A stretch of DNA of 63,823 nt, counting the filler, from Reticulomyxa filosa (lineage: Eukaryota; Protista; Foraminifera): the NCBI GenBank assembly GCA_000512085.1. It is 26 parts of 26 records of this genome, joined end to end, with 100 filler letters (N's around TTAATTAATTAA, not from the genome) between each part and the next. Parts side by side here need not be neighbours in the genome. Positions count along the whole stretch, not along the records: positions 22,302 to 25,095 come from ASPP01001148.1; positions 25,196 to 30,931 come from ASPP01017041.1; positions 31,032 to 33,668 come from ASPP01001018.1; positions 33,769 to 35,158 come from ASPP01049166.1; positions 35,259 to 36,259 come from ASPP01046658.1; positions 36,360 to 38,088 come from ASPP01041042.1; 20 more parts are not named here. One strand, 5' to 3'. Both the position numbers and the translations under genes were made by a program. A model generated the notes under the pieces. It made no database searches, was not told where the DNA came from, and was given only the letters and a program-made list of their open reading frames with translations. The first letter of the stretch is position 1. Every line of letters begins with the position of its first letter. Positions 23,601 to 36,745 of the stretch are shown here, piece after piece.

Positions 23601-25587
23601 AAGATTTAAAAAATATGTTATTAAAGAAAGATAAATTTATAGTCAAATGTTATTTTGTATATACGTCATTTGTAAACAGATGCTCCAATAGCACCAGCGC
23701 GTGCTTCACTTTAAATGACTGCTGAATGTTGTTTGGAAAAGTCGAAGAAATGATGACTGCAGTAAACCGTGATATGGGATTACTGGTTTTCAGCGCTAAC
23801 GTAAAGCGAACGATCGACAATATAGTCAACCAAGAAGTTTAAATTTGTTTAGCCAACAAGAACAAACTCAAATTGGCAGGTTTGGCAATTACTTGCTATC
23901 CATTAACTGCACATGTGATGCTATTGTTTTTTTGAAGAAGTGTTGCGAATGTATTCGGATTTACACACCTCCAAAATATACTCATGCTATTGAAACATTG
24001 ATTTACTTTACATATCCCAAAGTGACGGCCACGCACACACTGAACATGTATACAATAGATGACATCAACAAAGAGACCAAAGTACGCTTGTTTGAGGAAA
24101 GTAGATTTAAAGAAGTGGCCAATGAAGCTATCAATTCGGACGTATGCGTCTTGTTGGTGTGTCTTGGGATAAATATTGAATACACTGAAGGCCTTGTGTG
24201 AATCCTGAAAAGTACACAACAAGAATCTCATTCTCGAATACTGTGAAACCTGTACACTTTAATGAATGACGACATCAAAGATCGGACCAAGGAAATGCTC
24301 ACAAAAAATTAATACTGGTCCCTTTGATGCTTAATCCAGGTCTTGGATCGTAAGAGACCAATATGGTCGAATAAATCCGAAGAACTGAAGATAACGTCAA
24401 AGAAAGAGAAAACACATTGAAAACTTTGGAAAAACTCAAATTTGCCTTCATTGATTGCATCTTTGAGTCTCAAAAGTTCTTAAGGTAATTTTGTCTAAAA
24501 AAACGTTTATATGTGTGTTTTTAAATCGGCTTTGAAAAAAAAAAATTAAAATATGCAAAAAAAAAAGGAGACAGTTGCGAGCGTAGCGTGTGCTCGTTGC
24601 GTGATATTTGGCAAGTGGATTGTGATTTTTCAATACTCGTAAAGCCGTCAGCACGTATCAAAGTGTGATCGAGTTCATCACGTTGGCATTGACACAACGC
24701 TACTACTATCGGTTAAATGTCGAGCAAAGGCTCATGTATGGTAATGCATCCAGCAAAAGCTCGTCGAAAAGTCATATCAACATATCGAGTTCGAGCAAAC
24801 GGTGGAACAAGAGCAGTGGTATTATGTCCGAAAACTGACAGTCTCGCCTGGAATTGCGCTCAATCTCGCTTTTCGAGAAAATTTGTTTGTCATTTTGGTC
24901 GCTTTGGCCACCAAGACTCCTACCATTGTTCACTTGCAATATATACGTAATACTTATGTACATATTGAGTGTACGTATTTTTTTTGTTTAAAAAAGGATC
25001 ATTCAAGACATTAGCAATTGCAACACTACAAGCAAAATTGGCGTCTTCAAGTAAAAATAAGTCGTTGACACAAATGGGCTTTGACGACTTTTTCGNNNNN
25101 NNNNNNNNNNNNNNNNNNNNNNNNNNNNNNNNNNNNNNNTTAATTAATTAANNNNNNNNNNNNNNNNNNNNNNNNNNNNNNNNNNNNNNNNNNNNAAAAA
25201 AAAAAAAAAGAAAGGGGGGGGGGGGGGGGGGGGGGGGGGAGGGAGTAGAGAAAAGGAAAGCGAAAAAATCCATATTAAAAGTTAGCTTTCTAATGTCAAG
25301 TCCGAACAAAGCGGGAAAAAAAATTTAAAAAAAATTAAGCATTGATTGAAGGAAGATTCACTATGCCAAAAAAAAAAAACTTTTTTCTCAAAAACGATAC
25401 ACTTTTGGTGAATCGACAAAATTTGCGAATTGAAACTTTTCAAAAAAAAAAAAAAAAAAAAAAACTTTCTCGCTTTCCTTTTCCTTCCCTCGTTTTAAAA
25501 AAATTGTAATGTGTCCATTTTTGTTATATGCAATTCGTTTGTAATGTCACCCCTTTTTTTATTTTATTTTATTCGAAAACAACACAG

Positions 25588-27646
25588 AGAAAGTGAGTTT
25601 CGTATTTTGCTCGGTAAAGTATGAAGAGAAGGCCAGTGGAATAAACAAAAAATATGAGCTACGGACGGCATTGGGAACGGGCTCATTTGCAGTAGTAAGA
25701 TTGGGGATAGACCGTTCCACAGGACAACATGTGGCAGTGAAACAGATTGATAAAAAAAAATATCAAACGAAATCCAAAAGTAAAAACCCTGATAGCATTA
25801 AAAATGAATTTGAAATATTGCGCAATATCAACCACAAAAATATTATCAAAGTCTATGATGTGTTCGAAACCGACGAAACTTTATATTTGGTATTGGAAAT
25901 GGCCAGTGGTGGAGATTTGTTCCAAAGAATCGTTCAAAATAAAAAACTTTCTGGTGAGTTTGCATTAACTATATATATATATATACATATATACACATAT
26001 ATAAATATATTATATATATGTATGTACATACATACTTATATCTGTATACGTAGCATGTATGCGATACATTCTTAATATACGCCTTTATGAATGCTTGTGC
26101 ATGATCTAAAGTATATACTTATATGTTGCTATATACATATACATATATGTAACAATGTAATATAAACGGGGGGGGGGATGTTGAATATAGAGAATATTGC
26201 TCGGAAAGTGATGTGGCAACTGCTTTCGGCAATAAAACATTTGCACGATGGGAAAGTTGCACATCGTGATTTGAAACCGGAAAATGTGTTACTGAAAGCC
26301 AACGATTCTTGGGAGATCAAAATCACGGATTTTGGATTGTCCCGTGCTCTCAAATTAGACCAGGAAGCGCTCACCACCATGTGTGGCACTCCTTTGTTTT
26401 TGGCACCAGAAATATTGTCCAGTCACAAAACCGGTTTGGTTTTGTTTTTTTTTTTTTGTTTTTATTATTATTATTATTATTATTCACTCTTCTTTGTTCC
26501 GCTTTTGTTGCTAATGTATTCGAACTTATGTACATTGCGAATATGCATAGGATACGGGTTTGAAGTGGACTATTGGAGCATGGGAGTGATACTCTATTTG
26601 ATGTTAGTTGGTCATGTGCCGTACAACGACAAGGACGGGCTTTTGCTGGACTTGGTCAAAGCCGGGAAGTTCACATTCCCTGCGCAAACATGGAGATATG
26701 TTAGTCCCGACGCAAAAGATTTAGTTCAAAATCTGATGCAAGTTGATCCTACCAAGCGCTTTGGTTGGGAGCAAGTATATTCTCATCCTTGGATGCGAGT
26801 TTTGCTCACTGCAACAGAAAAACAGTAGATCAACATATATGCATATATATATGTATATTGTATATGTGGTTATATGTATGTACATAAAAATTAAAAAAAG
26901 AAAAGTATGGAAATAATATAATGTTAGGCTGACCCATTATCAATTCCTCCACCAGAAGAATTTGGACTGGAATGTGTGAAAGAAGTCACACAATCGCACG
27001 ATAACGCAACACCAATAATCTCAAGTACACAGCTATCAAAGGAATTGTCCAGCGGCCTCACTGTTGCCTTTGACCACATGGAAATGTTTGCGGTAACTGC
27101 AAATGCAATTACAACTACAGCTACAAATATGACTTTGACCACGAATACAACAACAGCAACTCCAAATCTGGCAACTCCAACCCTAGCAACCCCACAAATA
27201 AATCATAATTCACCCAAAAAACTCCAAAATGGAACTGCCACAACCCGGCCGTCGCAGGACACTTCTCCAGTTTTTCCCAGCAAACTACAAAAAAACTCGA
27301 GAAAACGAGTCCTTAGTCAACGAAATGATTTTGATGTGTTTGATTTTCAGCACCTTGGAGATGACCAAAATTTATCCCCCAAATGTAAAAAACCAAAACT
27401 TCAAGATAATTTTGTTGTTTGTCAAGTTATTTCATCCACTCTTTTTTTTTTTCTCTCCTGTTTCCCCTGCTTCTCTAACTCCATTTTTTCTCCTTTCACA
27501 CCAAAAATATGACACAATAGGACTTTCAATTTCTATCTAATAACGACGGAGAAGAACATCTAACTCCATTGGATTCCATGACACAAAAATCAGACTCTGA
27601 TTTGATGGCGCATAGGACTGTGCTACCATCAAAAGAAGCTACTTGA
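25588..27646 (+). CDS. CAMK-group Ser/Thr kinase, probably Chk2/Cds1-like (5' partial, at least 5 exons)
   Basis: LGTGSFAVV, VAVKQI, HRDLKPEN, KITDFGLSR, TMCGTPLFLAPE, GYGFEVDYWSMGVILY. Upstream KVSFVF may be the last FHA strand. Several SQ/TQ sites in the tail. Confidence 0.85.
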
Positions 27647-28516
27647 ACAAATATCACCGCATTTTTATAATAATAAAAAAAAAAATTGTTTCAATACAGT
27701 GTCCTATCAAGTTAGAAAACAAACAAGAATGTAAACATAAACGTTGTTCGCCAATGTTTTGGTTTAGTTTTTGTGTTAAAGAGTCCTCACAGAATTATTT
27801 GTCTAAGTCAAAAATAATAACGAACTTTCTTTTGTTGTTGTATTTATCCTACTTTATTATAACTATCTCCTCTTTCGCTCTCTTCTTCAAAGGGTGTTTT
27901 TTTTTGCTTGTGAATGTCAGATTTTTGGTGTTGTTTAATGTTTTTTTTTCTTTTTCCTAAAGAATTAAAGCTGCACATTTTTATCGTTTCCGTTTTACCA
28001 TCCTGGAAGAAACAAACCCATTAAATTTTTTAGGAATTAATTTAATTCGTTTGTTTCCAAAGCGTGGATTTTTGCTGTTTGACAAAAATATTATTATCAC
28101 GTGGTGGCAAAAAAAGCTCAAGTTTTTAAGGTAGATAACACAACATAAATCCGATTGTACAGCATAACGAATAGCAAAATAAAACACTGTCTAACATACG
28201 AACAGATGAAAGAAAGAGAAGGGTAGATAAAAAAAATACAATTAAATGTTTCTTTTAAAAAAGAATATACAATCGGGAAAAAAATAACCAGACACAATCT
28301 AAAAATGCACAAAATAAAAGAAATTTTGTTTCAATTAACTATAAATCCTAATTCTTACTCTATCCAATTTACCCAAAACAAAAAAACAAATCTCTTAAAC
28401 AGAAAAGAAAAAAAAAAAGACGTCCAAACACATATGCAAAATCAAAATTTGTGTTGTCCATATATCCTTTGTATAATAAACTAGATATTTATATACAATT
28501 TTATGTTTTTTTTGGG

Positions 28517-30180
28517 TCAGAGTTGCGTTTGACTATTGGAAGCTTTGGAGGAGGGAGGTGATTTTTGAGTGGCTCCATAGTGCCCTCTGATGTTCGAAGG
28601 AATTGACAATCTCTCCACATTGATGTTGCTGTTTTGTTTATGGTTTTCACCGAACAATCGTGCATGTTTGGTGGTAATACTTGGAGATTCCATGGGATAG
28701 GATTGCCGTTGGGAATGATCAGGTGGATTGTATGTAGCAGATTTTTGCGATCGAGTTATATCATTGGGACGGTTTGGATAATACCACGAGGAGGAAGGAG
28801 GATAATGCGGAATATTTGTGTGAGACGGTGGCGGATTTGGCAACGATGTGACATTATTTCTGTAATGTTCATTATTCAATCCATTCGTGGCCATCCAAGT
28901 CAGGTTAGAAGATTGGTTGTAATTCGGGATCCTCCCCCTGGGGTCAATGACATTATCCAATCTCAAGTCAATCGGACTGGGTATATTGAGTGTTCCCATT
29001 GGCAAATAAGGATTTGTTGGAACTGTTTCATGGAAAGCTGGCTCCATCATTGGAATGAGCTGATTATCGTTTCCATTGCCATTTTTACTTTCATTCTTAT
29101 TTACAGCAGCATCACCATCTGCATTTTTATTTTCATTTGTATTTGTTTGCCCTTGAGAGCCATTCATATCGTTATTGCCGGCATTGTTATTATCGTCCTG
29201 GCCGTAATATGTCCATACCATCTTTTCTTCTTCTGCTGGTGTTTTGATTGTTACTCCCATGTATTCATTCCAACTTTTCATAAACTCCTCCATATTTTCT
29301 GGAATATCTGTCCCTATGTTGTTGCATCGATTTCAAAAGAACAGAGTTACTCCATAGACGTATACATACGTATACATACATATACATACATATACGTACA
29401 CTATGAACAAACTCCATACCCAAAGTAGGCATAGGTTGCATGGCGTCATTTTCAATAGGCTCTTGTTGCCCTTCTTCGGTATCGGAATGAACGAGTGCAG
29501 TTCGGCTGTGAGCAGGACTGCTTGAAAGATGGGACTTATTCCTAAGTAGTGATGTGGAGCGATTGGATCGGGATGAATCAGAAGCCGAATTGGACATTTT
29601 GCGTCCATTTGCGAAGCGAGTCTCTTCATGGTTGTCCGTTTCTAACCCCAGCAATTTATTGCTGCTTCCATCCACGACTATAAACGTGCCATTTCTTCGA
29701 CCCCGATTTTTTTCTGCGGTCATCGGAGGGCTGTCATGAATAATCACGTCGATATCGTCATCGGTATGACTTTCATCGCCATTGCCATCGCCATCGCCAC
29801 TCTCGTTGTCATGGACATGCTTATTATCCGTATTGTCATTGCGGATAGCAAGACCAATACTGGCACTATCGCCGCTAGTGGAGTTGATGTCGTGTTCCAA
29901 TCCTTTATTTGGAGTCGTATTACGACGCGAGTTTCGTACTTGGAGTGCCACTTGGACGGGGGTGGAGGCATCGTGATAATACACGACATGGGGGATCGCG
30001 CTGGGCTGCGCTCCATACTGAAACGTATAAGGCGCTTCACTGGCTCCATCATTTGGGGGCTGTCCCACGGTCCGAATTGTCTCCATCTTTGCATTCGCAT
30101 GCTCTGTTGAAACCAGCTCTTTGCGTTTGTTCTCGTGTTTACTTTTACGTTCATTATCAGTGTCTGTGTCATTAACATTA

Positions 30181-30234
<54 letters not shown>

Positions 30235-30841
30235 CATTATTACTATTATTATTGTTCCTTTGTATTTGTGGCAAAGACTTTCCCACATTGGGCTGATCTT
30301 CGCTTCTGATGCTACGATCAAGTGGCGTGGGATTGCTATTTAATGGGATAGGAAACGATGGCGCAAGAGTTTGGCTAAAGGGCTTGTGTGGTCGTGTGGC
30401 GGAGTTGGACTTGGAGTTTTGCATGACGTGTGGTTTGTGGCGTGTGATCATGTGTTCACGTTCGGGGGAGGAAGAAAAGGGCTTGGGGGGATCACTAGTG
30501 CCTCCTTGCATGGACGTGCGACGGTCATTATCACGTCCATCACGATCGTCGTCATGGCCATCGTCTTTACGAGACCGACTCGAGTCGCGATGACAATGAC
30601 GATTACGACTACGACTATGACTACGACTATGAGTACGGTGACGGGAGACAGGAGTGCGCGAGGAAAGATTGGCGGAGACGTGGCGATGGACGTGGGTCAT
30701 TGCCGGAGTGGACTGGACCACGGTGAGGGATGCAGGAGGGTCGATAGTTGTTGCAGCGATCACATTATTGCGACTCTCATAGTCTTGGTTATGGCTGTGC
30801 TTATGATTGTGACTGTGAGTGTGACTATTGGAGCGAAGCAA
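28517..30841 (-). CDS. Low-complexity Asn/Ser/His/Pro-rich hypothetical protein (5' partial)
   Basis: Three long consecutive frames joined by a frameshift beside the (AAT)n tract and a GT-AG intron about 29419-29314. No recognisable domain. Confidence 0.6.
30176..30253. repeat. (TAT)n microsatellite encoding poly-Asn on the minus strand
   Basis: Directly visible. A similar (AAT)n tract lies at 31478-31537. Confidence 0.95.
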
Positions 30842-31031
30842 AGGAAGACCCTCTAATCGATCATTCGTTTCCGCGTTGTTTTTAGGGTCATTTTTTTTTT
30901 TTTTGCTTGGATCTTGTTTCTCTTCGTTGTGNNNNNNNNNNNNNNNNNNNNNNNNNNNNNNNNNNNNNNNNNNNNTTAATTAATTAANNNNNNNNNNNNN
31001 NNNNNNNNNNNNNNNNNNNNNNNNNNNNNNN

Positions 31032-31477
31032 CAAATACAAATACAAATGCAAATACAAATACAAATGCAAATGCAAATACGAAAACGAAAGCCAAAGAAA
31101 AAGACAAAAAAACGGAAAAAAAGAGTAGGCCAAACTCAACGTGGTTCCAAACCAATGTGTCAAGCAATTCTCAACGAAGGAAGCGAGAGTCAAGTGGAGT
31201 CGCACGTGGCGTGTGTGTAAATAATAAGTTGAATGCATTGCAATTCCCCGTTATTAATTTCGATGTCATTTACAACTTGGGTCACAGTGGGGCCATTGTG
31301 CATTGGTGTCACAAAATCTTTTCCATGTTAGTTCCACAGTGGATTCACTTCTTTATGCTTAATTGCAACTCCTTTCGCGCTAACCCTATCATCTTTGTCG
31401 ACATTCCAATCACCAAAATTGAAATGAGCAAGCGAGTCACATGGCCATTTGTCCATCAAAATATTGCATTTCACGCC

Positions 31478-31530
<53 letters not shown>

Positions 31531-32682
31531 TAATAATATCAGTAACTTTGTCATCGCTGCCCCAACTCCCGCTCCAACGCCCGCTCCAACTCCTGTCCAA
31601 ACACCAACTGCATCCGCTCCGTCTCTGATTTCCTCTTCCATAATTGGAGCCAATCGCGTAAATGCAATGTTATCGCTGCCAAGGGTGAAAAGACACACAA
31701 TCACTTTGCTCCACGCCTTTCTGCGTGAACATGACTGTTTTGTTTTGTTTCGATTAAACTTGTCTATCTTTGATTTATCCTTGTTACTATTGTTGGATTT
31801 TGTGATATAATGATGATAACAATAATAATGATGATAATTATCATTATTATTATTACAGCAGACGAAGAAGAGGACCAAGACAAAACATTGGAGCCAAGAG
31901 ACGAAAAAGAGACTGAATACGTTCGCTGGTGCTTGCAACCCGTTTTGCAAGACTTTTGGAGCCAAATCTATACGCTATTTACACTGACAATGCTACGCGA
32001 ATGGATCATCGAATTTCCTCACGACCATTTCCGACGGATAATGAATTGGCTATTTACTCCTTCTAGTGATTGTGATGGGAAACACACAAATGTGATTGCT
32101 AGCCACATCCAATGGAATGAATGCAATTTGTGGAATGATATATTGTCCAATGATGAACATGAATGGGTCATTGTCAATAATACCAAAAATGCCATTCCCA
32201 ATGTCACATCGCTATGGAGATATATCATTTCCTACAATGAATCCATTAACTCTCTTCCCGCCTCCTTGAAAAATCGAGCCAAACCTATACAATTTGATTG
32301 GATTGGCTTTGATGTGGTTCACTGCTCTCATTTGCTTTTGGAAAATACCATTGGTAAAATTCTTCACCATAATTGTGTTGGTGATTGTGATTACATTTTA
32401 TTCTCTTTTGACATTTCCAAGGCGATTCGCTTAATCAAAGCGTCTGATGAACATAGAGCGCTGTTCAAAACCTATGGAGATTTTTTAAAGCACTTTCGAG
32501 GCTCTGCGGGCACGGACTGGGACGGGCTTTTACTTAGCCCGGCCACCAATATGTTCAATGGGCATATTACCCTCAAACAATGGTGCCATTGGGTGGAAAA
32601 CTCGGTCCACCAATGTCCAGCCAATGGTGATATCTCATTTGAAGAAATTGGAAAGACACTACAACACCTGTTGGGAATGTGA
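31032..32682 (+). CDS. Hypothetical protein with a Trp-rich globular C-terminal region (5' partial)
   Basis: Long open frames 31157-31810 and about 31858-32682, separated by a probable intron. No family recognised. Confidence 0.6.
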
Positions 32683-33489
32683 TCAACATCGATATTGTTT
32701 AACACGCTTTTTTTCTTATTATTATTAGTTTTAATTTCATTTTTTGTTTGTTTATGTTTACATCCAAAAAAGTTTTGCTTTTTGGAACGCCATAGAAGCA
32801 AGAACAAATAAATTTGGCTTTTGAAGGCTTTTTTCATTTGAAATTGTGTTAATTGAGTGTTTTATTCCTTTCAATGTCATATTTTTTAAAAATAAATTAC
32901 ATTTTTTATAAGCGTATCTAATGTTGCATTTTTATTTTAAGGAATTAAGTTTTCACTGACATCAGCTTCAACAATACTAGTCTTTTCTGTACAAAAAAGT
33001 TAAGCAATCGAGTGTAGCTGTTATTACCAATAACACCCAAATTAGTGTAATGCAGTTCGATTAAGAGTATATCTTCTGATAAGCGAATTTATTGAACAAA
33101 TACAGTTTTATAACTCGTAAAGTGGTCTCATTCCTTGCACTGTAAAAATAAAATTATATTGTCACTTGTGTAATGTTATTTGGATTAAAAAAACAATTCA
33201 AGATTTTTTTCATTTTGAAAATTTGCTAACAAAAGAAATCAAATTCTTTTTGTTGTATTTTTTGAAGATAAAAACATTACATGTTTTATTTTGTTTATTT
33301 TCTTATTTGTATTATGTCTTTAGTATTTAGTTGGCATTACGTTTTTTGTAATTTTTTTTCATTTTTTAATAAAAATATTTTGTTAGTTTTTAGCAACTTC
33401 AATTAATTACATTTTTTTATTGCATAATTCGATCATTAAATTTTTTAATTGCATGATACTCGATTTTTCAATTAAAGAGAAATACAGTA

Positions 33490-33668
33490 CAGTAGGTTGC
33501 AAAGAAAACTGAACGCCTAAAACATATCTTATGATGATAATTGATTTTATCAATGAAAAATCAACATTTAGACATAATTTTTTTTTAAAAAATATCTACA
33601 AGTCTTGTAGTTTTTAAATATGACATTGATTTTTTAATAACTTTTTTTTTTGTTGGATGAAATCAACA
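33490..33668 (+). mobile_element. Tc1/mariner-type terminal repeat, TA|CAGTAGGTTGCAAAGAAAACTGAACGCCTAAAAC...
   Basis: Starts CAGT after a TA. Reverse-complement copies at 57125-57158, 60545-60578, about 60656-60802 and 60886-60962. Confidence 0.9.
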
Positions 33669-33768
33669 NNNNNNNNNNNNNNNNNNNNNNNNNNNNNNNN
33701 NNNNNNNNNNNNTTAATTAATTAANNNNNNNNNNNNNNNNNNNNNNNNNNNNNNNNNNNNNNNNNNNN

Positions 33769-35158
33769 CGCAAATGCGCAAATTGGATGAGATTCGAAAG
33801 CAATTGGAAGAGAATAACCACAATTTGGTTCAAAAGAACGAGCAAATGGCAAAGTCATTGACCCAGTTCCATACAGACAATGTCGGATTGCAGCAGAAGC
33901 TGACTGATCACCAACAAACGATTGACACTTTGAATTACGACTACTCGCAATTGAAGAGCAGTTTAAATGCTTTGCAAAACGAAAAGGAACACGTGATGAG
34001 ATTGCTTAAAACGGAATCAACCAGCAACAACATGCAAGGTGATAAGGGAAGAGACATTGTCCAACAAGTGGAATTTCTGTTGAGTATGAATCGTCGTTTG
34101 CGAGAGCAATGTCAATCATTGGGAACGCAGATGCGCGACATGACAGAAGAAGCTAAATATTTACAAGACTTTAACCATCAGTTTGATGAAATCAAAAAGC
34201 TATTGGTGTCCACTCAAAAGCAGTTCCAACAAACGATTGGACAACGCCAAAGTGGCGATAAAGAAGACAACAACGGCAAGACATTTGATCCTTCCAACCT
34301 TCTTCTCCACAACAATGTCTTTGGCGCAACGAAAGAGGGCCAACAAGAACTTTTGAACAAGTCGATTCAAAGAGTGGACAAACTCCTCGACTCCCGAAAG
34401 AACTTGTTTAAAAACCAGGTGGGCCGATTGTCCCGAGAAAAAGTGGATTTGACCAAACAAATGGCAACCTTGCAAAGCGAATACGACCAATTGCATTATC
34501 AAATGTCAATCCAAGCCCAAGAATTCAAAAACTTGCACAGCGCACATGCGCAACTCAGTCACGAATTGAAAGTGGTGGAGCAAGAACGCCAAAAGCTGAG
34601 TCAGAAATTTGCATTGCATGAACAATTGAACGCGGAGTACAAGTCCACACTGCTTGAACGAGACTTTTTATTCCAAAAAGCAAAGGCGTTGGAACAAGAA
34701 ATGGAAAGCTTAAAAAAATTGCAACAGTTGGGAAGAAGCGACAGAAATGAAAAGACGGGCACCAGCGAACAACAGATTCGAGACTTGAATGAAGACTATG
34801 ACAAATTGAAGTCGGAAGTGAGCGAATTAAGCCAATTAAATGACGTGTTATCTGACCAATTGAAAACACTAACCACCACCCATTCCGAAATGAACAAGCA
34901 ATTAGATAACCTATTTTTGGCCAACCAATTGCTCCACCAACAAGTATCCATGCTTTCCAATGAAAAAACCACATTGCGAGACGAGGCACAGCAAAAAGAA
35001 AATGAGCTCAAAAAACACAAGCAACAATGCCAACAACATGTCTCCGAGTTGCAACAGGTACGATCGAAATGGGATACCATTGTCGAAGAATATCAAAATG
35101 CACATGAGGAATGGATATTAGAGAAGGCCGAATATTCCAAAACGATTACCGATTTGCA
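33769..35158 (+). CDS. Long coiled-coil protein, internal fragment
   Basis: The whole contig is one open frame rich in Q/E/L/K heptads. Confidence 0.85.
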
Positions 35159-35289
35159 NNNNNNNNNNNNNNNNNNNNNNNNNNNNNNNNNNNNNNNNNN
35201 NNTTAATTAATTAANNNNNNNNNNNNNNNNNNNNNNNNNNNNNNNNNNNNNNNNNNNNTATATATAAATTTGTGTTTGCTTGTTTTGAT

Positions 35290-35795
35290 TGAAACTGAAA
35301 ACAAAGTACAAAGACGAGACAATAGAAGGCGTGGAAGAAGTGTTTAAAAGGATCGACAAGGACGAATCGAAAGACTTTGAATACAAAACTGAAGCACTTG
35401 GGAAATTCCAAACAGCGATCGACGATTTCAAAAAGAAGAAAAACCGACTTCCTAACGCGGCCGAGTTTTTGCGATACTTGGGGGCCGCCTTTGAAGACCA
35501 AGAAACGGAGGTGGACGCCGGCATGTACGCGCAGCTGTCAGGGGTATACAAGGACGCAAAGGAGCTGGCCATGCAATTGAAACATGGAACCGACGAGGTG
35601 TTGCAAACAAAGGTGTTGGACTCGGAGACCAAAGCAGCTCTGCGAGACCTGTGGAAATGGATTGAAGAAAAGGGGCTTACCACGTTGCAAAAGTCGCAAG
35701 ATAACGACGAAGAACTCGACAAACTGAGGCAACAGTGTGAGGTTTTTTCTCAAGAGAATGCTTCACAAAAGACATCATTGGAGACACAAATGAAA

Positions 35796-35840
<45 letters not shown>

Positions 35841-36207
35841 TTGTTTTGATCAATTAAAACAATAGGAAAAAAAAAAAATAATGAAATGATTGACATAGTC
35901 AACAGAATTGGAAAAACAGCTTCTTAACGCGCGTATTGAAGTGGACCAATTGAAGGACCAATTACAAAGTCTTGCGGAAAATCAAGAGACCTTCCAAACC
36001 ATTGAGCAGCAGCTGACTCCACTGGAAACGGACGTGAAGCAAAAGGACCAGGACTTGAAGCTCGCCCAAAAAGAGCTGGAAGAGGTGCGCAAGCGCTTCA
36101 ACTCGTGTTATGAAGAAAACCAAATGCTCAAAAGCCAACTCCATTATCTTAACGTTGTCACCGACGAATTGGGCAGAGCCCGAAGTGCGTTGGAATCTGC
36201 TAATCAA
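35290..36207 (+). CDS. Coiled-coil protein, internal fragment (2 exons)
   Basis: Two heptad-rich frames separated by a (TA)n-containing intron about 35799-35898. Confidence 0.75.
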
Positions 36208-36359
36208 GTTTTTATCTATTAAATAAATAAATATATATATATATACATATAATATATATNNNNNNNNNNNNNNNNNNNNNNNNNNNNNNNNNNNNNNNNN
36301 NNNTTAATTAATTAANNNNNNNNNNNNNNNNNNNNNNNNNNNNNNNNNNNNNNNNNNNN

Positions 36360-36745
36360 TTTCGAACCCTTTGAGCTCGGCAATTTTGTTTTCTTTGTCG
36401 TACGCAATGTACCTTTTCTTCAGCTTCCTTCCCTCTTCCGTCGACGCCAGTAACACCATGCATTTATACGTGCCATCCAACTCAAAGAAGATACCATCCG
36501 TATCCAGCTCAATGGGCAGTCCAATGTGCTCGCATAGCCGATGTGCGTCAATGATTAGATTACCATCGATGTGAGTGGTGATGCCTGCCATTGCCATCGA
36601 ATGCCATCTGAGCTGGGGCATGGTATTCACAAATGCCAACTTCTTCGCTTCCACTGTCTCATATTCGATTTGGGCACGCAGGAGTTTGTACTCTGCTTTG
36701 TCCAATGGAAAATACTTGCCACGCCATTGCCATTTCAAACGTACA
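36360..36745 (-). pseudogene. POLE: DNA polymerase epsilon catalytic-domain copy with multiple internal deletions
   Basis: WQWRG, RWHSMAMAGI, IGLPIELDTDGI, FFELDG.Y, EEGRKLKKRY and AELKGFE are present, but intervening conserved blocks including HKCILNSFYGY are missing. Confidence 0.85.

Noticed and set aside
22302-25095. Short Cys-containing ORFs in contig 12
   Set aside because: Fragmented frames with no motif I can assign. Probably decayed coding sequence, not callable.
28634-30856. Long antisense ORFs, also seen over lpxC and the ankyrin and coiled-coil genes
   Set aside because: Shadow frames of low-complexity or GC-rich coding strands with no independent motifs.
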